From an uncultured Candidatus Melainabacteria bacterium (GTDB lineage Bacteria > Cyanobacteriota > Vampirovibrionia > Gastranaerophilales > Gastranaerophilaceae): DNA of 64,000 nucleotides. The stretch lies in the NCBI GenBank assembly GCA_934718085.1, contig CAKUZL010000003.1, positions 76,962-140,961 of the forward strand, given 5' to 3'. Position 1 is the first letter of the stretch, and each line of letters begins with the position of its first letter. Positions 56,570 to 64,000 of the stretch are shown in pieces. Under the pieces are notes generated by a model that saw only the letters and a program-made list of their open reading frames with translations, had not been told where the DNA came from and searched no databases. The translations under genes and the position numbers were made by a program.

Positions 56570-56830
56570 TTACTTTTTTAGTACAGAAAATATTTGTTCT
56601 TTTACATTTTTATCGATTTTTTTCTTAAAAGAACCCTCGACGCGATTCTTCAAAAACGCGTCTTTTACGCACTCTTCGTTTTTATGAACATACGCCGATC
56701 TGCCGTTTGTCGCACTTTCGGGGTTCACGAAAAATTCTCCGTTACAATACGTAATTTTATTCAAATCAGACTTCAATGAAAATTTTCCGCAGGCAACACA
56801 TTTTCTTTTAAATTTATCTTTTCTCGACAT
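56570..56830 (-). CDS. ylxR: YlxR/DUF448 family RNA-binding protein
   Basis: RKCVACGKF...L.K, GRSAYVHKNEEC and KNRV are present. This is the canonical position upstream of infB. Confidence 0.8.
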   Translation of the reverse strand: MSRKDKFKRKCVACGKFSLKSDLNKITYCNGEFFVNPESATNGRSAYVHKNEECVKDAFLKNRVEGSFKKKIDKNVKEQIFSVLKK

Positions 56831-56832
56831 TT

Positions 56833-57909
56833 TTACATCACCCCGAACTCGTCCAAAAGTTTTACCGCGCCCGAAAACGTTGCGGCTCTTGCCGTAACGG
56901 TGCCGTTTCCGAAAGTCGTTCCTGCCGTAAGAAAATTTTCGATGTCCGAAAATTTTTCAAAATCGTTTACGATTCTTGTGCATGCCGCACAATCGGAATT
57001 AAAAATGTCTCCGATGTTTTTGTCATCGCAAATCCCGCAAAAAAGTTCGAACAAAGAAATTTTAAGCAACGGTTGCAACGTTTGCATGTGAATTTGTTTA
57101 AAAAACGGTATCAATTCGGTCAAGAAAAAATCATTTCCGTCGGTTACGACCTCTGCGCCGATAATTCCGCGATAACCGCACCCGTTTTTTAAAATTTTAT
57201 CGCGAATTACTCGCAAAACCCGAGTTTGTGCACCGTCCGGCAAGTAAACGTCGGGCGCGTTCACCGTCGTGGGACAAAAACTGTCCTCACTCGAACAACA
57301 CGTTCCTACGGGGAAAATCCCGGATTTATTCACGGCAAAATACAAATAAACAACCCGTGCATTCACGTATTTTTCTGCAACAACCGGCATTGAAGGAAAT
57401 TCCGCAAACAAATTTAACAACGCTATTTTTGCCGCGGCAAAATTTTCGACTTCGACAGGCAATGCCGAAACGCAAGTGTTATCGGGTTTCAATAAAATCG
57501 GATAATCCGCCTTTTGCAAATAATTAACCGCTTTTTGCTCCTTATCGAAAATCGAAAATCTGAGCGTCGGAATATTTTCCGAATGAAAAATCCGCTTGCA
57601 ACGAGCACGCGAAAAAACAGGTTCGCAGCCGGTTACGCAAGGCGCACAAATTTTAAGATTTTCCCTCTCGAAAAACCCCGCAATATCAGCGTCTATCGCC
57701 TCAAACGATGTAACAAAAGTATAATCGATGTCGTTTTCGAGCGCAAAATCTGCCGAACGAGCCGTATCCGTCGCGGAAACGTCTATTTTTTCGGCAACGT
57801 CTTCCGCTCCGCAAAATCCCGGTGCCATAAAAACCGAGTCAGCGTATTTTTGAGCATCTTTGCATAAACTGTAAGCGTTTACGTCCGATCCGACAACCAA
57901 TATATTCAT
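56833..57909 (-). CDS. PurD (GAR synthetase)-fold ATP-grasp homologue with degenerate catalytic motifs
   Basis: The protein is colinear with PurD. MNILVVGSDVNAY..VFMAPGF corresponds to MKVLVIGxGGREHA..VfVAPGN, YPILLKPDNTCVSALPV to IVIKADGLAAGKGV, and LTELIPFFKQIH to iEFNcRFGDPE. Confidence 0.6.
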   Translation of the reverse strand: MNILVVGSDVNAYSLCKDAQKYADSVFMAPGFCGAEDVAEKIDVSATDTARSADFALENDIDYTFVTSFEAIDADIAGFFERENLKICAPCVTGCEPVFSRARCKRIFHSENIPTLRFSIFDKEQKAVNYLQKADYPILLKPDNTCVSALPVEVENFAAAKIALLNLFAEFPSMPVVAEKYVNARVVYLYFAVNKSGIFPVGTCCSSEDSFCPTTVNAPDVYLPDGAQTRVLRVIRDKILKNGCGYRGIIGAEVVTDGNDFFLTELIPFFKQIHMQTLQPLLKISLFELFCGICDDKNIGDIFNSDCAACTRIVNDFEKFSDIENFLTAGTTFGNGTVTARAATFSGAVKLLDEFGVM

Positions 57910-57915
57910 AATACG

Positions 57916-57944
57916 ATTTTACTACAAAATTATTTTTGGTTCAA
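57916..57944 (-). promoter_or_regulatory. sigma70-type promoter inside the aroH 3' end (TTGAAC-N17-TAAAAT); the -10 ends 6 nt before the PurD-like ATG
   Basis: The minus strand reads TTGAAC(57944-57939) ... TAAAAT(57921-57916) CGTATT ATG(57909). There is no SD. Confidence 0.45.
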
Positions 57945-58307
57945 ATCGGGACGCAATATTTTTGCATCACGTAAATAAACATGTTTTATAAGACTGCGAG
58001 GTTTTTCGGAATTAAAATACAAAATCACCCTCAAAGCCCGTTTTAAAGAACCTTTAAACTCAAACTCCCTAAAACACATAAACGGAACATCCGTCCATCC
58101 GAGCTCTGTTCGCGCAAATTTTGCCGGCACTGCCGACTTTATGTCGTCCGTTACGGAAAATTCGGCCGAGATTATGTCGTCCGGCACGATTTCGTTGGAT
58201 TTTACGATTTCCGTCAACATCAAAACCACCGCGTTTTTTATTTCGTCGGGATTGTCGTTTTCAACGGTAATCGCACCTCTTACCGCCCTTATCGCATTTA
58301 CGCCCAT
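57930..58307 (-). CDS. aroH: AroH-class chorismate mutase
   Basis: IRAVRGAITVENDNPDEI..., FPAKFARTELGW and HVYLRDAKILRPDL are colinear with B. subtilis AroH (from memory). The start is at a TAATG overlap with the fmt stop and has a GGAGA SD. Confidence 0.8.
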   Translation of the reverse strand: MGVNAIRAVRGAITVENDNPDEIKNAVVLMLTEIVKSNEIVPDDIISAEFSVTDDIKSAVPAKFARTELGWTDVPFMCFREFEFKGSLKRALRVILYFNSEKPRSLIKHVYLRDAKILRPDLNQK

Positions 58308-59254
58308 TACACTTTCTCCGTGGTAAGACATTCGCCTTTTTTCATTCTCAATCCGTTAATCCACGCACTCGCGGGAATTTCGCCTTTGCTTTCGGGTTTT
58401 ACTGTATAAATTTCCAAAGGTTCGTCCGCACACATTATTGTAACAAAATCTTTACAAATATCCACAATTTCGCCCGGTTTGCAATCAGTTGCCGAATTTT
58501 TACATCTGCATGTTTTGACAAGTTTTACGTTTTTTCCGCAAACGTTGATTTTAGGAGACTCCGACATTGCACGAACCTTATTGTGAATACATTTTGCGCT
58601 CATTTTAAAATCGAGTGAATATTCCGATTTGTCAAACTTAGGAGCGAAACAAACTTCGTTTTCGTTTTGTTTTATAAAATTCATATTTCCCGAAACAATC
58701 ATTTTCAAAGTTCGATAAATCAGATACGGAGAGCGTTCCGACACTTCATGCGAAAGTTCGTCGATCGTCATGTTTTCCGTTATCGGAATTTTTTCCTGAA
58801 GACAAATATCACCGGCGTCCATTTTTAAAACGGTTTTCATCGTCGTAATTCCGGTTTCCGTCTCACCCGCCGCAAGCGCGGCCGCCATAGGGTTTGCACC
58901 TCGATATTTCGGCAAAAGCGAAGCGTGAAGGTTAATTACGCCGAATTTCGGAATATCCAAAACTTCCTGCGACAACATTTGTCCGAACGCAAAAGTCACA
59001 ATGAAATCGGGAGCAAGTTTTTTCAAGGTTTCAATAAGATGAGCATCCTTGGAAATCGAAGGCGTCTGATAGCAGGGAACTTCGGTTTTTACGGCACATG
59101 TTTTGACGGGCGGCTCACAAAGGTGTTTTCCTCGTCCTGCCGGTCTGTCGGGCATCGTAACAACCGCCTGCATCTTGATGTCGGAAAAATTCATCAATTT
59201 TTTTATACTGTTTACCGCAATTTCGGGAGTTCCCGCAAAAACAACGCTAATCAA
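58307..59254 (-). CDS. fmt: methionyl-tRNA formyltransferase
   Basis: The N-terminus is VVFAGTPEIAV. INLHASLLPKYRGANP and TGITTMKTVLKMDAGDI are also present. Confidence 0.92.
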   Translation of the reverse strand: MISVVFAGTPEIAVNSIKKLMNFSDIKMQAVVTMPDRPAGRGKHLCEPPVKTCAVKTEVPCYQTPSISKDAHLIETLKKLAPDFIVTFAFGQMLSQEVLDIPKFGVINLHASLLPKYRGANPMAAALAAGETETGITTMKTVLKMDAGDICLQEKIPITENMTIDELSHEVSERSPYLIYRTLKMIVSGNMNFIKQNENEVCFAPKFDKSEYSLDFKMSAKCIHNKVRAMSESPKINVCGKNVKLVKTCRCKNSATDCKPGEIVDICKDFVTIMCADEPLEIYTVKPESKGEIPASAWINGLRMKKGECLTTEKV

Positions 59255-59846
59255 CTTTTTCGTCCTCCGGCTTTTTCTCGACGAGATGTTCGAGTTCTTC
59301 GATATTTATTCCATCGTCAATAACCATTTTGTCGGGGTCAACGGGCGGTAAATCACACTTTCCGAGCTCCGCATCGGCATCAAAGCGATTGGTAACTCTG
59401 TCTACAAACAAAATTCCGTCCAAATGGTCGTATTCATGCTGAATTGCCCGCGCCAGAAGTTCTCCGTCCTTCGCTTCGAGAACGAAAGACTTTCCGTGGA
59501 TGTCAAGTGCTTTGACTTTTACGTCTTTGTATCTTACGACATCGGTAAATACGGCGGGAAAACTCAAACAGCCTTCGGAGCAAATCACGGGTCGTTCTTT
59601 CGAAATAATTTTAGGATTGACAAAAACACGCGGACAAAAAAGTTCTTTGGGCAACGAAACGTCAATTACGAATATTTTCAGCGGTTCTCCGACCTGAGGC
59701 GCGGCAAGACCTACGCCGTTATTGGCATACATCGTGTCCAACATGTCTTCGATAAGCGTTTTTATTTTTTTTGAAATTTTAGAAACTTCTTTTGTTTTGC
59801 AACGCAAACGCTCGTCACCGTATTTTAAAATTTTCTTTACAGACAT
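59247..59846 (-). CDS. def: peptide deformylase (with acidic C-terminal extension)
   Basis: The three PDF motifs are GVGLAAPQVG, EGCLSFP and QHEYDHLDG. Confidence 0.92.
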   Translation of the reverse strand: MSVKKILKYGDERLRCKTKEVSKISKKIKTLIEDMLDTMYANNGVGLAAPQVGEPLKIFVIDVSLPKELFCPRVFVNPKIISKERPVICSEGCLSFPAVFTDVVRYKDVKVKALDIHGKSFVLEAKDGELLARAIQHEYDHLDGILFVDRVTNRFDADAELGKCDLPPVDPDKMVIDDGINIEELEHLVEKKPEDEKVD

Positions 59847-59849
59847 CGT

Positions 59850-60890
59850 TTACTCCGTTTTTTTAGTCGAAAAATTGATTAATATCATAATTACAGCCAG
59901 AACAACGGCATATATGAAATATTTTATCACCGAAACGTTAATCAGCAATACGGCGGTAAATCCCGATAAAACCGAGACAAGAGACAAAATTATCACGGTT
60001 TTGTTCTGAGAAAATCCGGCATGCAAAAGTTTGTGGTGAATATGCTCGGCATCCGCGACAAAAGGCGATTTACCCTTCAACAGTCTTCGCGTCGACGAAA
60101 AGAAAATGTCGGCGACAGGAACAATCAAAACAAGCACGGGCACCCACATTCCGAATGATTCTATTCTCATAACCCCGGTAACGGAAAGAGTCGCGAGCAT
60201 AAAGCCCGCAAATAACGCGCCCGAATCACCCATAAAAATTCTGGCTGGATTGAAATTATAAGATAAAAAGGCAAGCATTGCACCCGCAAGGATAAACGCA
60301 ATCAGAGGGCTGATTGTCGCGGAAGTCGTAAGCGAAGCTGCAATAAGCCCTAACGTCACCGCGCTTACGGAAATCACGGAACCCGCCAACCCGTCTATTC
60401 CGTCAATGAAATTAACCGCGTTGCTGACCCCGACAATCCATAATACCGTAACGGGCCAGGAAAAAATTCCGAGACCGAAGTGAATTCCGAACGGCAGCCA
60501 AACGTGTTCTATTTGGGTTCCGAGGCAGAACGCAATTGTCGCGATACTTATTTGAATAAAAAATTTGAATTTGGCATCAAGACAATAAATATCGTCGATA
60601 AGCCCGAGCAAAAACATTAACGTACTTCCGATTAAAACTCCGGAAAGCCTTGAACCGTATGGATAATAGCTTAATGCCGTCAAAAAGACAAATGTCAACA
60701 TTGTCGCAATCCAAATCGCGACGCCTCCGAGACGGGGAATCGGGTGAGTATGGATTTTACGGGTTCCCGGGTTATCGACAAGCCCTTTTTTTTGCGAAAT
60801 GTAAATCACCGCGGGTACGATAAAAACCGACAGCAAAAACGATATAATCGCGCCGATTATATGGGCATCAGAAAGTTGCATCAACGTCAT
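59850..60890 (-). CDS. GT4-family polyprenyl-phosphate N-acetylhexosamine-1-phosphate transferase (MraY/WecA family)
   Basis: This multi-TM protein carries LIDDIYCLDAKFKF, NAVNFIDGIDGLAGS and MGDSGALFAGF. I moved the start to ATG 60890, which has an AAGGAG SD 7 nt upstream. Confidence 0.85.
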   Translation of the reverse strand: MTLMQLSDAHIIGAIISFLLSVFIVPAVIYISQKKGLVDNPGTRKIHTHPIPRLGGVAIWIATMLTFVFLTALSYYPYGSRLSGVLIGSTLMFLLGLIDDIYCLDAKFKFFIQISIATIAFCLGTQIEHVWLPFGIHFGLGIFSWPVTVLWIVGVSNAVNFIDGIDGLAGSVISVSAVTLGLIAASLTTSATISPLIAFILAGAMLAFLSYNFNPARIFMGDSGALFAGFMLATLSVTGVMRIESFGMWVPVLVLIVPVADIFFSSTRRLLKGKSPFVADAEHIHHKLLHAGFSQNKTVIILSLVSVLSGFTAVLLINVSVIKYFIYAVVLAVIMILINFSTKKTE

Positions 60891-60901
60891 CGGAAAACTC
60901 C

Positions 60902-62137
60902 TTAATATAACGGGTATTTTTCGCACAATTTCAAAGCGCGTGCTTTTAATTCATCGAGCGAATTTTCGTCGTCTTTTGTTTTCAAAGCCGAAGCGATTAT
61001 TTTTCCGACTTCGACCATATCGTCTTCTTTAAATCCTCTGGTCGTAACGGCAGGTGAACCGAGTCTGACACCGCTTGTTACGAAAGGACTTTGAGGATCG
61101 TTCGGAACGGTATTCTTGTTCGCGGTAATTCCGACCTTTTCGAGAATATTTGCTGCATCCTTTCCCGTAATTCCGATATTTCTCAAATCCATCGTCATTA
61201 CGTGGTTTTCGGTTCCGTTACCGACCAAATCGATGTTTTCGTCGAGCAAAGATTTTGCAAGCGCTTGAGCATTCTTAACGATTTGAGCCGCATATTCCTT
61301 AAAATCGGGAGACAACGCTTCTTTTAAAGCCACCGCTTTCGCAGCGATAATGTGTTCGAGAGGTCCGCCCTGAATTCCGGGGAAGACAGCTTTGTCGATA
61401 CCTGCGGCATGCTCGTTTTTGCACATAATTATGCCGCCTCTGGGACCTCTTAAAGTTTTGTGAGTGGTTGTCGTAACGAAATCCGCGTAAGGAACGGGCG
61501 ACGGATGAACTCCACCCGCAACAAGCCCCGCGATATGCGCAATATCGGCAAGCAAAAGTGCATCGACCGATTTTGCGATTTTCGAAAATCTTTCGAAGTC
61601 GATTATTTTCGAATAATTGCTTGCTCCGCAAACGATAAGTCGAGGTTTATGTTCTTTCGCAAGTCTTTCGACCTCATCGTAATCGATTTCGCCGTTTTCG
61701 TTTACGCCGTAGGGAACAATGTTAAAATACATTCCGGAAAAATTAACCGGTGACCCGTGAGACAAATGACCGCCGTTCGACAAATCCATGCTCAAAACGG
61801 TATCTCCGTGTTTTAAAGCATAAAGAAAGACCGCCATATTTGCCTGTGCGCCGCTGTGAGGCTGGACGTTTGCGTGCTCGGCTCCGAAAAGTTTTTTGCA
61901 GCGTTCCTGAGCAAGCGTTTCGATTTTGTCGACAACTTCACAACCGTTGTAAAACCTTTTTGCGGGCTTACCTTCGGCGTATTTGTTGGTCAAAACCGTT
62001 CCTGCGGCAGCCATTACCGCTTCCGAGACTATATTTTCGCTGGCAATCAGTTCTATCGTATTTCTTTGTCTTTCAAGCTCTTCTTCAATCAAAACCGCTA
62101 TTTCGGGGTCAGAGTTTTTTATTGTTTCAAGTTCCAT
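60902..62137 (-). CDS. glyA: serine hydroxymethyltransferase
   Basis: [10 protein letters not shown] and the PLP-Lys context [14 protein letters not shown] are present. The start at ATG 62137 has a GGGAGGG SD; the ORF-track TTG start at 62179 is unlikely. Confidence 0.95.
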   Translation of the reverse strand: MELETIKNSDPEIAVLIEEELERQRNTIELIASENIVSEAVMAAAGTVLTNKYAEGKPAKRFYNGCEVVDKIETLAQERCKKLFGAEHANVQPHSGAQANMAVFLYALKHGDTVLSMDLSNGGHLSHGSPVNFSGMYFNIVPYGVNENGEIDYDEVERLAKEHKPRLIVCGASNYSKIIDFERFSKIAKSVDALLLADIAHIAGLVAGGVHPSPVPYADFVTTTTHKTLRGPRGGIIMCKNEHAAGIDKAVFPGIQGGPLEHIIAAKAVALKEALSPDFKEYAAQIVKNAQALAKSLLDENIDLVGNGTENHVMTMDLRNIGITGKDAANILEKVGITANKNTVPNDPQSPFVTSGVRLGSPAVTTRGFKEDDMVEVGKIIASALKTKDDENSLDELKARALKLCEKYPLY

Positions 62138-62310
62138 CGTTAATCCCTCCCATTGGCGTACCTTTACATCATATACCAAAAAGATTGCCCGAATACGTTT
62201 TCACCCGAACAATGTTACTTTTCGTAAAATAACCCGAACTTCGCATTGATTAACAAAAAAAATTTATTAAACTGAAATGCACGTTGGTATACATACGAGA
62301 GGGAATTTTT

Positions 62311-63291
62311 ATGGAACAAACAAAAGATTATTACGGAATTCTCGGAATCGACCCTGATGCGACTTTGGAGGAAATAAAAAAAGCTTTCCGCAAAACTGCC
62401 GTAAAATACCATCCCGACGTGAACAAAAACGGCGCGGAGTTTTTCAAAACCGTGAAAGAAGCTTACGATATTTTATCGGACGCTCAAAAACGGTCGAATT
62501 ACGATTTTATCAAGGGTTACGAGTTTGAAAGACTGAAACGCCGAACACAAAAAAAGGTCGACGAAAACAAACGCAACGAATCCGAAAAGCCTGCAAAAAC
62601 CGACTCATTCCGTAAAACAACCGTGCCCGACAAAACGGAAGAAAATTTCTTTACAAAAATTTACAAAAAATTTACCGAATACATTTCAAAACGTAAAGTT
62701 AAAATTAACGGTCACGACGTTACAACCGAAATAACAGTTTCTCAAAAAGACGCAATTACGGGATGTCACAAGGCTATAAACGTGTTGCATTCGCAAGAAT
62801 GCCCCGTCTGCGGCGGACGAAGCGCGATTAATAATGCGAAATGCAAATATTGCAACGGAAAAGGCAGTATTTCGCTCCACAAAAAATTGAACGTCAGAAT
62901 TCCAGCGGGAATAACACAGGGCAAAAAACTTTGTCTGAAAGGCGAAGGAACAAAAGGGCTCAACGGCGGTAAAAACGGAAATCTGTATCTTAAGGTAAAA
63001 ATAGAATCTTCGGGCGAATTTACGATAAAAGGAAACAATGTATACTCGGAAATCATGCTTACACCTTGTGAAGCGGCTTTGGGTTGCGAAAAAAAGATAA
63101 ATACTTTGACAGGAAAAGTAATTCTGAAAATTCCCGAATGCACCTGTTCCGGGCAAAAATTCAGACTTGCGGGCGAAGGTAAAACCCCGGACGGCGACCA
63201 AATAACCGTCGTAAAAATCGTTTTTCCCGAAAAACTTTCGAAGCGGGAACAAAAGTATTACGAATTAATAAGAAAATTAAGTTTGGACTAG
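62311..63291 (+). CDS. J-domain co-chaperone (DnaJ family, reduced zinc-finger region, no G/F region)
   Basis: The J domain is DYYGILGIDPDATLEEIKKAFRKTAVKYHPDVNK (HPD). The zinc-finger region is CPVCGGRS...CKYCNGKGS. A DnaJ C-terminal beta domain follows. The start is ATG 62311 with a GAGAGGGA SD. Confidence 0.8.
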   Translation: MEQTKDYYGILGIDPDATLEEIKKAFRKTAVKYHPDVNKNGAEFFKTVKEAYDILSDAQKRSNYDFIKGYEFERLKRRTQKKVDENKRNESEKPAKTDSFRKTTVPDKTEENFFTKIYKKFTEYISKRKVKINGHDVTTEITVSQKDAITGCHKAINVLHSQECPVCGGRSAINNAKCKYCNGKGSISLHKKLNVRIPAGITQGKKLCLKGEGTKGLNGGKNGNLYLKVKIESSGEFTIKGNNVYSEIMLTPCEAALGCEKKINTLTGKVILKIPECTCSGQKFRLAGEGKTPDGDQITVVKIVFPEKLSKREQKYYELIRKLSLD

Positions 63292-63311
63292 CGTTATAAA
63301 ACGTTACGTAT

Positions 63312-63341
63312 TTGCAAAATTTAACCGGAGAAAATTATAAT
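63312..63341 (+). promoter_or_regulatory. sigma70-type promoter (TTGCAA-N18-TATAAT); the -10 ends 6 nt before the ATG
   Basis: TTGCAA is at 63312-63317 and TATAAT at 63336-63341, followed by AAAATA and ATG(63348). Confidence 0.45.
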
Positions 63342-63347
63342 AAAATA

Positions 63348-64000
63348 ATGAATAATTTTGATATCGGTCTGAGACCCGCGGCAATAGGAAGTATGCCGCA
63401 CAAAAATCCCGAAGAAGCGTTTTTGATTACGGATAAGATTTTTAAGGATATTCCGTTTTGGATGCAACTGCCGACAAAAAGCGCGACGGAATCAATGAGC
63501 ATGCAGTTTTCCGACGGAATGCCCGGAGTGAAAATCGAAAATTCGAAAATCAAATTCAACCCGACTTCGGACGAATTTTTCGAAAAAACCGAGCGTCTGT
63601 ATTCTGACTTTGAAGAAGTTTCGGCGGGAAACACGGAAATACTTAAAAAATACGCAATTTCACCTGATTTTTCCTGCAGTTTCGATTTATTTCTAAAAAG
63701 AATAAAAGAACAAAAACCGAAATTCGCGAAAGGTCAAATAACGGGAGCTTTTACTCTCGGAACAATGATTTGCGACGAATCGGGAAACGGAATTTTCGGA
63801 GACGACACTTATCGCGAAATTTTGACGAAATTTCTTTCATTGAAAGCTTTATGGCAGATTTACGAAATTAAAAAGGCTTCAGACTCGACCGTTCCGATAA
63901 TTTTTGAAGACGAACCCGCCGTATCGCAAGCGGGAAGCTCCGCTTACCTGTCCGTCGGCGAAGAAGACATTATTGCCGCAATAAAAGAAATTTCCGACGG
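63348..64000 (+). CDS. 5' part of a MetE/UROD-like TIM-barrel family protein (partial, runs off the window)
   Basis: I translated it by hand. The frame is open from ATG 63348 to the window end (217 codons). The N-terminus AAIGSMPHKNPEEA...IPFWMQLP resembles cobalamin-independent methionine-synthase-like proteins. It is absent from the ORF track because no stop falls in the window. Confidence 0.5.
   Translation, partial: MNNFDIGLRPAAIGSMPHKNPEEAFLITDKIFKDIPFWMQLPTKSATESMSMQFSDGMPGVKIENSKIKFNPTSDEFFEKTERLYSDFEEVSAGNTEILKKYAISPDFSCSFDLFLKRIKEQKPKFAKGQITGAFTLGTMICDESGNGIFGDDTYREILTKFLSLKALWQIYEIKKASDSTVPIIFEDEPAVSQAGSSAYLSVGEEDIIAAIKEISD

Noticed and set aside
63335-63634. A 99-aa minus-strand ORF at the window end
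   Set aside because: It lies antisense to a longer open frame (63348 to the window end) that has a promoter, a family-like N-terminus and normal composition.
1-64000. Mobile elements, CRISPR arrays, defence islands, prophage and rRNA/tRNA genes
   Set aside because: No transposase, integrase or reverse-transcriptase motifs, no regularly spaced direct repeats, and no tRNA-like structures were seen on either strand. The window reads as syntenic core genome plus a flagellar locus.

Overview
This is a 64-kb chromosomal, mostly core-genome segment of a moderately AT-rich, flagellated bacterium. It is probably diderm, given the GT9 heptosyltransferase, FlgF/FlgG rod proteins and CcdA/thioredoxin pair. 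The lineage cannot be fixed from sequence alone. The gene content (AroH-type chorismate mutase, PBS-lyase-type HEAT repeats, pheS unlinked from pheT, SpoIID/GerMN proteins) fits a non-photosynthetic cyanobacteria-related (Melainabacteria-like) or other uncultured lineage, but that is inference only. I support about 68 protein genes using the standard genetic code, densely packed with many start/stop overlaps. I recognised no rRNA, tRNA, CRISPR array, transposase, integrase, phage or defence genes. Three blocks dominate the window. (1) Housekeeping genes occupy 1-39 kb: ruvB, pgi, thiL, ispD, cysS, glk, holA/holB, ndk, tgt, nupC, aroE, topA, dprA, pheS, leuS. (2) A minus-strand flagellar basal-body/export locus spans 49563->39218 in the order flgF-like, flgG-like, flgB, flgC, SLT lytic transglycosylase, fliE, fliF, FliG-slot gene, fliH, flhA, fliI. 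(3) A roughly 10-kb co-directional array runs glyA, GT4 transferase, def, fmt, aroH, PurD-like, ylxR, infB, rbfA, truB. The items most worth a second look are the following. The gene in the universal fliG slot does not read as a canonical FliG. An SLT lytic transglycosylase without a signal peptide splits flgBC from fliE, and flhA sits between fliH and fliI. A PurD-fold protein has lost its catalytic motifs and sits where nusA normally precedes ylxR-infB. A radical-SAM/SPASM-fold protein has all three CX3CX2C cysteines substituted. An overlapping MnmD-like methyltransferase and non-DAO FAD oxidoreductase are followed by a solitary HgdC/BcrA-type activase. Five operon-head genes share a -10-N6/7-ATG geometry that suggests leaderless mRNAs. 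Coordinates of features I derived myself were anchored to the ORF-track coordinates. All family calls rest on motifs read by eye, with no searches run.
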